This document shows, piece by piece, positions 51,845-61,703 of a stretch of 64,000 nt of DNA. The stretch covers positions 45,014,001 through 45,078,000 of the forward strand of contig OZ249436.1 of NCBI GenBank assembly GCA_965235115.1, given 5' to 3'. Origin of the DNA: Laetmonice hystrix (lineage: Eukaryota). Position numbers and translations under genes: made by a program. The notes under the pieces are model-generated. The model ran no database searches and had not been told where the DNA came from. It was given only the letters and a program-made list of their open reading frames with translations. Each line of letters starts with the position of its first letter. Positions within the stretch are counted from its first letter, which is position 1.

Positions 51845-53512
51845 ATGCAGCAGCTGTTCTACCAGAACCACCTGGACTACAAGGGTTCCTTCAACCACTC
51901 GCTCAAGATGAAGGAAGTCCGGATGGCTATCACCATGCACCCGTTCAAGAACCACACCTTCCAGTACCGCATGCACCAACACCTGATGGGGGCCCACACT
52001 GCTGACCTCCGTAATAAACTCGTCAAACTTCAGCGTGAGATCAACGTTCTGAATGTCCTGCTGAATGACCGGCCAGACGAACCGGCCAGCCGGGTGGGCC
52101 AGGCGCCATTCCTCAACAAGTTCCACCCAAGGCTTCGTAAAGACGTTTTACCCTGGGAGTTTATCAAAGGGCGGAGTTTGTATTCCGACGGCAGCCTGAA
52201 TCCTAAAAAAGGGCTGGACACAGCTCACCGACTTGCGCTTGATGATCTGGTCATGCAACTTATGACTATGATAAATAAAAGTGCGAGACAGCGCGGCCGT
52301 ACGATAGACTTCAAGGAGATTCTCTACGGCTACAAACGCGTCAATCCGTTACATGGAGCCGACTATATCTTTGATTTACTTTTGATATATCGTAAACACA
52401 AGGGTCGACGTATGACAATGCCAGTCAGACGCCATGCTTATCTACAGCAAACATTTATGGATATTGAATTCCGAGAGGAGTTTTTGCCGTTACTTCCAAA
52501 AGCTGCTCCGTCAACTACGACAAGTTCTCATTTCCTTCTCCAACTCATGCCGCGGTTTAGTCATCACTTTTACAACGCAGGTAACAAAGGCGCAGTGCAG
52601 CCAGCGGAGCCTGTTCACGATGTCAATGTCATCCTCAACAACACCATCCATTTCATCATGCCGCTGGCCGGACGCTACCAAACCTTCCTAGCGTTCATGA
52701 GAAACTTTGAGGACGTGTGCCTGCGCACGCAGAGTCGTTCCGCTCTGGCCGTCATGCTCTTTCACAGTGAAACAGACGATCGGACCGAGGAAACCATAGC
52801 TTATATAGGCGAACTTCAAATCAAGTATCCAAACCACGACCTCAAGGTCATAAAGGTTAAAGGCCCCTTCTCAAGGGCTCTGGCGCTTCAACAGGGGAGC
52901 GCCCTCTATGATCGAGACGCCTTGATGTTTTTTATAGACGTCGATATATATTTGAACACAGATTCACTGTATCGCATTCGAACGCTAATTATACAACACA
53001 GTCAGGTGTATTTCCCAATTGTTTTCTCCCAATACGACCCCAAGATGCTGTGCCCTTCAGGAGAAGAGAAGTGCAGTTTGGAGGGTTCCACCGACCCGTT
53101 CTCATTCAAACATGACTATGGCTACTGGCGGCGGTTTGGGTTCGGCATTGCCGGAATCTACAAGAGCGACTTTGAGAAAATCGGTGGGTTTGACACCACC
53201 ATCATGGGATGGGGCAAGGAGGATGTAGACCTCTTCAATCGTATTCTCAGTAGCAACCTCTCCATATACAGGGCTGTTGACCCGGGAATTGTGCATATAT
53301 TCCACCCGATTAACTGCGACCCTAGCCTCGATCCCGCCCAGTACCAGATGTGTCTCGGTACCAAGGTCGCTACCTACGGATCCATCACGAGGCTCGCCGC
53401 TCTCGCGAGAAAAACCGAGGAAATCGTCCACCGCGATAACGGCGTGGCGGAAGGTGCCAAGGACGAGGGCAGAGGACAGGAAGGTCACCAATTCCTCGTA
53501 GCAGACGCATGA
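51845..53512 (+). CDS. CHSY1: Chondroitin sulfate synthase 1-like, terminal coding exon (partial CDS, 555 aa)
   Basis: Starts MQQLFYQN, like the vertebrate CHSY1 last exon (MQQLFYEN), right after acceptor ctatttcag| (AG at 51843-44). Family motifs: AITMHPFKN, RGRTIDFKEILYGY, VRRHAYLQQTF, FSRALAL, FFIDVD (DxD), VYFPIVFSQY, GGFD..I.GWGKEDVD, HIFHPINCDPSL..QYQMCLG. Stop TGA 53510-53512. Confidence 0.95.
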   Translation: MQQLFYQNHLDYKGSFNHSLKMKEVRMAITMHPFKNHTFQYRMHQHLMGAHTADLRNKLVKLQREINVLNVLLNDRPDEPASRVGQAPFLNKFHPRLRKDVLPWEFIKGRSLYSDGSLNPKKGLDTAHRLALDDLVMQLMTMINKSARQRGRTIDFKEILYGYKRVNPLHGADYIFDLLLIYRKHKGRRMTMPVRRHAYLQQTFMDIEFREEFLPLLPKAAPSTTTSSHFLLQLMPRFSHHFYNAGNKGAVQPAEPVHDVNVILNNTIHFIMPLAGRYQTFLAFMRNFEDVCLRTQSRSALAVMLFHSETDDRTEETIAYIGELQIKYPNHDLKVIKVKGPFSRALALQQGSALYDRDALMFFIDVDIYLNTDSLYRIRTLIIQHSQVYFPIVFSQYDPKMLCPSGEEKCSLEGSTDPFSFKHDYGYWRRFGFGIAGIYKSDFEKIGGFDTTIMGWGKEDVDLFNRILSSNLSIYRAVDPGIVHIFHPINCDPSLDPAQYQMCLGTKVATYGSITRLAALARKTEEIVHRDNGVAEGAKDEGRGQEGHQFLVADA

Positions 53513-55087
53513 CCCAGGCTGAGCCCTAGAATACAAAGGGGGCAGGGTGGTAGGATTGGGCAGATATTGGGCAGTATTCAGGGGGACCAAGCACATCTTA
53601 GCCATAGTTATGAGATATATTTTATATGCGTTTTATTGTTAGTCATATTTGGAGGTGTGAAGACGGGACACAAAGAAAAAGTGTGAATTGATGATCGCCA
53701 CTCATCAAATAATTAAAAGAGTAAAAGAGAAAACATTGCGGCATCCGGGTTTTATTAGCACCCATAGAAATGTGTGAATGAGTATAGGAGACTATGACAG
53801 ACATATTTTCAAATTGGAACACCCCCCCCCCCCGACACGACCTCAAAATATGTTAGCGAAGGTGGTCCTGGGATCTCGAGTCATATATCATGATGTAGTA
53901 TTCCGATCATAGACTGTCTCATGTCGCCATCTTACTGAGAGGAGACGTTCAACACTTGGACCGGCTTAGGCCTTTTTATATCGATCTACTGTATCATTAT
54001 TATAGTCAGCTGGCTTCTGTCTTCACCAGGACCACCTCTAAACATTCACATGTTTGTGCTTAAAATATAAAAACATGGACAGTTGTCTGGGTTGACTCAG
54101 TGAAACGACCTTTGATTTGTTTTAAGATTTTAAAATATTTGGATGTGAAGACTGACATGAGAACTGCCAGTGTATACTGCCATTATTTATTGATATTAGC
54201 AGCTGTAAGGTGTGACAGGTGATTGTTGATGGTGGGTGAGAGCACTATGCTAGTCACGTGGTTACATAATGACGTATATTTGGTGTGGTGCTGCACGGAT
54301 GGCCAGTGAATACTTGTAGAAACTTGTTTGCACTCATCAAGCCCGCGGTTGACCCCTATGTGTCACGTGCAATCATTAAGTGTCTTCGACTGTCTCTTCT
54401 ACTTTTTTTACTCATGGTGGTGATTTTTTAAACCTGTGCCATAAAAGAGTCGCATGATTTACAGTTTGTAAACACATAAAGTACCCGTAGATTTTTGACA
54501 GCTAGTGTATATGTCTTTAAAGTCAAACGGGAATGGGAAGGTGTTTGTATGAAAGCGAAACTAAATTACCTGATGTTTTGAGTGCACTGAATGTACCGAC
54601 ATTGTAGTGTTTTAGTTAACGTCGCAAAAAGTGATATCTACTCAACAAGAAGTTCAGCTCGGCCATTGTAAACCGCGTTTTATACTCGTCCGTTATCAAA
54701 TTTGAGTTCAAGATTTTAGACTTTACAACTCCTGTAGCAGTTGCTTTTATACTTTGATTCGTTTAAAGTCTTGGCATTTGCCAACAGAATGGTTTGAGTT
54801 AGAGAACGGAGTCGAAGTTTCTGTTGGTTGGAGTTACAGAACAAAGAGTCAAGGCTTTTATTGTTTGGAGTTACAGAATACAGAGTCAAAATTTTGGATG
54901 CAGTTACCGAATGCAGTTTATGATTTCCGTTGTCCTCGTAGATTATGAACAACGAGAAATCATGATCGTGTATTAGGACAGCGTGGCGCGGTGGGTCGAC
55001 ATGATTAGTGGTACCCCATACCCTGTTTATACCAAGAGCTCACAAAACAAGCTTAGTTACATTTGTCGGTAGATATTTCTGTATATA

Positions 55088-55266
55088 AAGGGTGGCCCAG
55101 CAAAATTCTAACTACTATTGATAATAATTAATTTTAACCCTTTTCTACACACATATTTACCACATAGGAGCGGTCGTTTACGACAATAGTACTCCATTTG
55201 CTCCCCAAAATTTATTATGTAATAAATCATGAAATATTTCATCCTGAATTTTGCTGGGTCACCCTT
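55088..55266. mobile_element. 179-bp Tc1/mariner-type MITE
   Basis: 21-bp TIR aagggtg(g/a)cccagcaaaattc with 1 mismatch. TA on both flanks (55086-87, 55267-68). Confidence 0.78.
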
Positions 55267-55847
55267 TATTGGATTGCCTCAAGGGGGTTTTGTTACGCTA
55301 CAATCATAATGGATACCCATTGAAAACCAACAGGACTGAAAACCATATGTGCCTTTTAAATCGCTAGGAGTCTTTTTTTTTTAAAGTTAGAGAACTAGAT
55401 TGGTGAACTGTGCTGGTCATAGGTGTGTAGACCCGGGTGAATGAAGTACGAGTCATAAATAAGCCATTCACAATTTGTGGAATGGCAATTTTTACGTCAT
55501 AGCACTGTAAGTTGTTGTGTAGTTTTACTGACAGTTTTACTGACAGTTTGTAATGTTTTTAATGACGTTACTTTGCAAGGTATTATTGGAATTCATGTTT
55601 GTTGTGATATGTATGGATTAGGATTTTAACGGAAACGATCAACTTGTATTCACGATCTTTTGTACATGCGCACCTTTAACATCCAAACTTGTGAATTTGT
55701 GTCATGCAGCAGACTTGTAAATGATATTGTCCTTCATGTAATGATACGACGGTACTTTTATAGATGTACACAAGACCATGACAGTGTCCTGTGCAGGCAG
55801 GGCAGATTCCACTAGTTGACTGACTGACCCATCTGGTGCTTTCATCT

Positions 55848-55984
55848 GGGCCCGTTTCTTTCTAAATGTAACTTATTGCTTAAACTTAAGATTACCCCTT
55901 CTGATTGGCTGATCATCTGCTAGCCAATCAAATGCTTTGAGCTTAAGCTTAAGTGAGAACTTACGTTTCGAAGAAAACAGGGCC
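55848..55984. mobile_element. Degenerate fold-back MITE, Harbinger-like ends
   Basis: gggcccgtttctt ... aagaaaacagggcc. Nested inverted repeats (cttaag blocks; tgattggct/agccaatca). Confidence 0.5.
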
Positions 55985-58900
55985 ATCATGACTTATTGAG
56001 GAGTGTGAGGTTAACCTCTATAGATCTACTCTATGCGCCATCTTGATACACCGGAAGTACCAGGAACCTGTGCCTACATGTAGCGCAGGGTCGTGCTTGT
56101 GATAGAAGTCGTACGAGTGAATGACTGTTGTGTTGTGGAGTCTCTGCCAGAATGGCTCACCATTATATGTTGTCAGGTCACAGAAGTCATTTGATTACAA
56201 AGGGTCATGATTTGATTACAAAGGGTCATGAGACTTCTTATCAAAGATGCCGTTTATGAGCAAAAGGACCCCACAGAGGGAAGACGAACTATGATATTAT
56301 TTAATACACGTCCGGCATGCCTGGCGCTCAGTTATGATAGGATAATATTGGGATCAAAGGTAAGACGTCACGAGAGAATCAAACAAAATGTGTGATAAAT
56401 TCCGGTATTGCTTGTCGCCCTTGATGCCGTCACAAGGTCACGGCGATGCCCGTATGACAGTAACGAGCCGTGTCCACAATGTAAGGCTGCAGGAGATTGG
56501 CTGATTGGTAACCAATGAATTCCCACTGCCATGTCGTGACAAGGAGACCCACCAAAGAGTGCATGAGTCGCTTTATTGTGTATAGAATGATCTAGTGATT
56601 ATGATGTTAATTGGGACACCGCCCGATGATTAAAGCTGTGCTGGTTTGGTAACAACCAGGATATGGGGGCAGTGTTTCTCCACGCCACGATCAATTTGTG
56701 AATTGACCCTGTGATCTTTTGTCTGGTTCAAAGCTGGCGACGGACAAAGAAACGAAATCCAAGGAAATGCATATCCTAAAAGAGGTTAGATGGTTAAACT
56801 GTGTATAACTAGCCACATTGCCAGAGTGGTCGCTTAGTTTTAGGGCCCATCTAAAAAATGAATGGTGCAAAAAACGACGAATGCATTTGGTGTCTGCTGG
56901 ACCCCCCCCCCCCTCCTTGCCATGAAAGACGAACAAAATATCGAGATATAAGTCATTAATCGGGGTAAAAAAAACGAGTCAAAATGAAGATTTTTGTTTT
57001 TCAAATGTTATCCTCTGAGACGAAATGCTTTTATCTTTTGTGGCATCATTCCGTTTTGAGACGCTCCCTGAGAAGGTTGGTGATCAGTGGGACCAGTATG
57101 GGACACAGTGTTTACTGTATTAAACACCAACATGTACGTGGCACCCTAACGTTAGCCTCCCGACGGCCAGTCGTCCACGATTTGTTCATAGACTGGGGAA
57201 TATTGTAGTTTATTTAATAATTTATCGTGACATGTCACACTTCACAAAAACATACACGAGTGATTCATTAGATCAATTATAAAGTTTTTACAACTAGTGC
57301 ATAAAAGTCCGTGTATATAGGTCAGAGCAGTGTTTTCACGCTAGCATTTAGTGGGTCCCTAATGTGTGCGGATCCTAATTAGAGTTCCACTAATTATTAT
57401 CTTGTCGGTCTAACTGGCGGCCGGTCGGGTCGGCGTTCGTACCGGATCATGACACTCTCCTCACAGATCGTCTCGTACAGAATTTTATCCAAGTTTTCAC
57501 ATTTTATATCTTTGTTCTGACAAAGTAAAAGTAGGGCGATGCAATACAAGCGGATCAGCCTGAGAATTCCCCTTGCTGTGTGTGCCTGGTGGATTTAAAC
57601 ACAGATAAATTTGACAAAATGAGTGAGAAGAGATAATACAACTTACACAGTAAGGTTCATGACGATTTTTATATCGGCACCACAATACAGTTATCAATTT
57701 AATATTAAAAATGCAAGCTTATTACTCTGATTCATTCGACGACCAAGCCCTTTTCTTCGGAATCGCAAAAAAAAGTTCAGTGATGAATTGGTGATTCTAG
57801 CGACAGCCAAGAGCAAGTATTGGGCTCTGTCTTTGCAGCTTGGTAATTCACATCCCATTGGTCAACCCGACTTGTTCTCAGTTAGGGGCGGATGTCTGTC
57901 TGTATGTCTCTTCACTGTATGTATGTCTGTCGGCTGTGTGCGTGCCGAGGGGGGATCCAGCTGGTCCCAGAGGTCCCGGATGTACTTAGACGCCGACTGG
58001 CTTCAAGGGACTGTCCCGCCACGCTCCCTGGCGGACTTAACGCAGTCTATCTCAGCGGGGATGACGGACGCGGTTTTTGTAGCCGAAGGCACTCAGACGT
58101 TTATCATTTTTGTCAGTCGGTCGTGAACTGCCAGTCCCGTCAATAGACGTCCACACTATGTACGATAATCTCAGTGGTGACACTCGGTCAGATCTGTCAG
58201 TCAACAGATTGGTCAAGATAATTACATAGATTGATCAAGATGTATTAATTACGTCATAGATTGATCAAGATGTACTAATTACACAGATTGATCAGAATCG
58301 ATTAATTACTCGCTCTCCATCTTCTCGGGCTTTCATATCAGTCTGTTTCTCCAAACGTGCCTTTTGTGAACGAACCTTCTCGTTCATTGAGTCAGTTTTG
58401 TATTTCTCTCCCTGCTACAAGTATCGGTCGTCCTTGAGTTCTTCTATCTGCTGAGCCTGTGACGTCGTCATGGTGACAAGGATTTCAGATGATTTACACC
58501 CAACACGTGACATTTTAACGTATTTTAACGTTACGTTTTAACGTAAGGTACTACTGTACAGCATGTAAATATGGTAAAATGATTTATTAAAAGAAGAAAT
58601 GCAAAATGATTTTGTTGATATTTCATGTTTAGTTGTCCATGTGCACTTTGGAATTGACATTAAGACGAAAGCTTTTAGTTCTTACATTTTTTGCTCCATT
58701 TAAGCAATCAAGGAATATCTCTTTTTTTTTACTCCAAAATGCAGACATGGGCTGTTCGGTTAGATGGGGCCTTAGACTATATAAATCAATAAATGTATAC
58801 CCACAGAAATGGAGAAATGGAAATCTACATTCCATTTACCTGTTGTCGCTATGATGCGAACGTCTCATGGCTGGGTGTTGGCTTGGCATTGACTTGGAAC

Positions 58901-59263
58901 AGCCAATGAAATTCATTGGTTCATCACCCGATAAACTATCGTCATCATCGCCATCATTCCAAAGGCCCAGACAGCACTATTCGGAGGCAATAGGTGGCAT
59001 GACTGGAAAAGTCCGACCGGAGCGCCATCTAGAGTGAATATACAGAACTGTTTTGAATGTACCAGAAAGAGTATCATTACTGGGCCTGGTTCCTAAAATC
59101 TGAAGATCTGGGTTTTTTAATTTTCTCATCATCGCCTAGATCATTGATAGTGCGTCACTGGAGTTTCAAAATCTCCTGAAACTGCATAGGTTCGAAACTG
59201 GGAAGGCATCAGGGTTGGACTTTATATTCCCCAGATCGCAATAATCTCAATCATACCGGACTA

Positions 59264-59342
59264 TAAGCTGGTTCCCGGCTCACTCGCTAGGGGGCTCTGT
59301 CGCCCACAGAGCCACCTGGCGAGTGAGCCGGGAACCAGCTTA
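59264..59342. other. 79-nt hairpin (mini-MITE or pre-miRNA-like)
   Basis: Perfect 24-bp arms taagctggttcccggctcactcgc, extending to a 37-bp stem (one G-U pair, one mismatch) with a 5-nt loop cgccc. TA at both ends. Confidence 0.8.
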
Positions 59343-59436
59343 ACTGAAGTAGACCTACAGATTGACGGCACGATTCATTGTTGATAGCATCAACCGGTCG
59401 TTGCGAAAGACTAGAAAACTAAACTTGTAGTTAATT

Positions 59437-59442
59437 TTTATT
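59437..59442 (-). terminator. Candidate polyadenylation signal of the Kelch-like gene
   Basis: AATAAA on - about 200 bp downstream of the stop codon. Confidence 0.4.
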
Positions 59443-59639
59443 GACTTCATTATAGTGACCTATAATATTGACCACAAGACATAGAACTTTCCGAACACTT
59501 CTGACATGTTACTCCATGTCTTTTTTTCCCTTAGCTATCAGATGTAGGCCTTAGGCCTATATACGGCGATTTTAATTAAAGTTGACAGTAAAAGCTCCAA
59601 AATTTGATTGTTGATTTTTTTTTAAAGGAAGACCAGTGA

Positions 59640-60908
59640 TCAGTCATTGCCAGAGTAATGTGTGAGATGCCATGGTAACGTAAGGATTGCACAGTTAAGA
59701 TCGTGACATTTGAAAGGATAGGATGAGACATGATTCACGGATCTGATGACACCATGTTTCCTATGGACAGCAAACTTTCCACACACGTGTTCCTTGACGA
59801 CACGAACGTCCTGGCCCTGATCGGCCGCCAACTGTGTGCCGTTGATGACGTAGATCTCTGTGCTGTGTGGCAGACACACGGGCAAGCCGCCCTCTACGTC
59901 AATCTTCATGGGTATAGACGACCACTGGTCCAAAGCGTGCATGTACTCGTAGATGGCTGATCCGTTTCCCGTGGCCACAATAAGATATATGTGGTGTCTC
60001 ACCGTTACCATCCGGCTGTCCGTGCACGTGGACGGGTGCACGGGTAGCGGCGCTTTCTGTCGAAAGGTGGCGCTGCCGACGTCCATCTGAATGACGTTGC
60101 GGGGAGAACGCCAGTCCTCGTCCATGCCTGCTGCCGCGTAGATTTTCCCGCCATAAACGCATGCGTTCATATCGCGAACCTTTGATGGAAAACAGCAGAT
60201 GTGCTCCCACTTCCCCGTCTCAAAAGAGAACTTCTCAACACTATCTGTGTTATACATTTTGTCATACAACCCACAAGCGTCCCTACTGTAGGTGACAAAT
60301 CCAGCCATGGCATACAAGGAGTCGTTCACAACGACCAGTGGGAAGTGTGACCGTGTTGTTAGCATTGGTTCCAGACTGGCCCAGACCTGGTGTCGGGGGT
60401 CATAGATGTAACATTTGTTAGTCGGTTCACCCAAAACCCTCCCACCACATACCACCATGTAATTATTAATGCAGGCCACAGCAGCCGAGCTGGTGATTGG
60501 CTCGACGTCAGGAAGTCTCAACGAATCATCTTGCTCCGCGCGGTACACGTGACACTGTGGTGAGACGCGGTGGCCGTCGGATCGACACAGGAAGCCGACA
60601 ATTGACGGCGTTCCTCGGATCGTGTTGGCAGGGGTATCGTCTAAAACCCGAGCGTGAACAGATAGGTTGTGGTACTGGACAGCCTTCTCAACAACAGGAG
60701 CACACAAAAAGTCCTTCTCCAAGTATGCCATGTCCGTTACGGATTGTTTTATTTCCGCCAAAGACATTAACCGGAAGCGGATATGTCTGGCGAGCCTCCC
60801 GGCGTGCTCCATTCGTTCCTCCCGGTTGTGATTTAACCACATCTGAATACACTTCAGTAATTCATACTCCGGCCCAAATATTAGATCAGGGCTTCCGACC
60901 ACCATGCA
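59640..60908 (-). CDS. Kelch-like gene, large exon, part 2 (BACK and Kelch repeats), frameshifted relative to part 1
   Basis: SPDL...EYELLKCIQMWLNH..ER..H...L..HIRFRLMS (BACK). Kelch repeats: NNYMVVCGG..YDPRHQVW, RSHFPLVVVNDSLYAMAG..SVEKFSFETGKWE, GGKIYAAAG. Stop TGA at 59640-59642. The gene may be a pseudogene or null allele, or the shift may be an assembly error. Confidence 0.88.
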   Translation of the reverse strand, partial: CMVVGSPDLIFGPEYELLKCIQMWLNHNREERMEHAGRLARHIRFRLMSLAEIKQSVTDMAYLEKDFLCAPVVEKAVQYHNLSVHARVLDDTPANTIRGTPSIVGFLCRSDGHRVSPQCHVYRAEQDDSLRLPDVEPITSSAAVACINNYMVVCGGRVLGEPTNKCYIYDPRHQVWASLEPMLTTRSHFPLVVVNDSLYAMAGFVTYSRDACGLYDKMYNTDSVEKFSFETGKWEHICCFPSKVRDMNACVYGGKIYAAAGMDEDWRSPRNVIQMDVGSATFRQKAPLPVHPSTCTDSRMVTVRHHIYLIVATGNGSAIYEYMHALDQWSSIPMKIDVEGGLPVCLPHSTEIYVINGTQLAADQGQDVRVVKEHVCGKFAVHRKHGVIRSVNHVSSYPFKCHDLNCAILTLPWHLTHYSGND

Positions 60909-60916
60909 TCCTCCAC

Positions 60917-61303
60917 CTCCACCTGCATCTCCAGGTACTGTCCACACTGGACTACAGCCGGAAAGTTTCTGAGGACGAATTCGTAGGCGACCTTCTCAAG
61001 TGATTTCAGGGAGTACATATGGCTAAGGTTGAGAATATTGACACAAGTGTCGACATCGATGTTGTTGGCGATGTAACGCGCACTTCTTGTGACGGCTGAT
61101 TGAATCTGGAGGTGAGCAGCCGCCATGAGCACGTCACAGACGTTGTCATGGGTGACCGGAAGGTTGTCCGTGTATATAAATTGGAGAAGGGGCTCAATAC
61201 CCGCCGCTGTCACCCCCTGGAGGCACACAGAGGAACTATTCGTCTCAGCCAACCCTCCGGTAACCATGGCCAGGAAGTAATCACTGACAGAGGCTAACAC
61301 AAC
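60917..61303 (-). CDS. Kelch-like gene, large exon, part 1 (BTB C-terminus and start of BACK)
   Basis: Acceptor gtttcag|GTT at 61304/61303 joins HK|VVLASVSDYFLAMVTGGLAE...LLQFIYT...NVCDVLMAAAHLQI, a canonical BTB. This frame runs to TAA at 60881-60883. Confidence 0.9.
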
Positions 61304-61562
61304 CTGAAACCAGGATTAAACGTATATAATCAGCTTGTAGGCCTAAATCTCCCACGTTGAAGGAAACTTTTAACAGATGCATTTTATACCGAGTTTTGAG
61401 GAGAGACGTAATTATACGGTCAACTGGAGAATAGATTAGTAAAAAAGTTAGGGAGCCTATACCTACTAGGTATGTTTTGAACAGTTTGAACTAGATTTTT
61501 AATTCGACAATAGATGGTCATTAGGGAACTGATTGAAAAATCTGAAATATGGAAAATTGTAC

Positions 61563-61703
61563 TTTGTGAACTCTAAACGAGCGGCCCTCAACCTCCAAAA
61601 TAAAGTCGACAAGAGAATCGTTTTGCCACATGTTCCGGATGCCCTGCAGCAACCGCTCACTGATGGGTCTGTCACCCGGCTCAGTGTCAGTCAGCTTGCC
61701 CAT
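61563..61703 (-). CDS. Kelch-like (BTB-BACK-Kelch) gene, first recognisable coding exon (BTB N-terminus)
   Basis: 47 codons MGKLTD...LLQGIRNMWQNDSLVDFILEVEGRSFRVHK. Donor GTACAA at 61562 (phase 0). The ATG is directly preceded by ttctgttttag, an acceptor, implying a further upstream exon. Confidence 0.88.
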
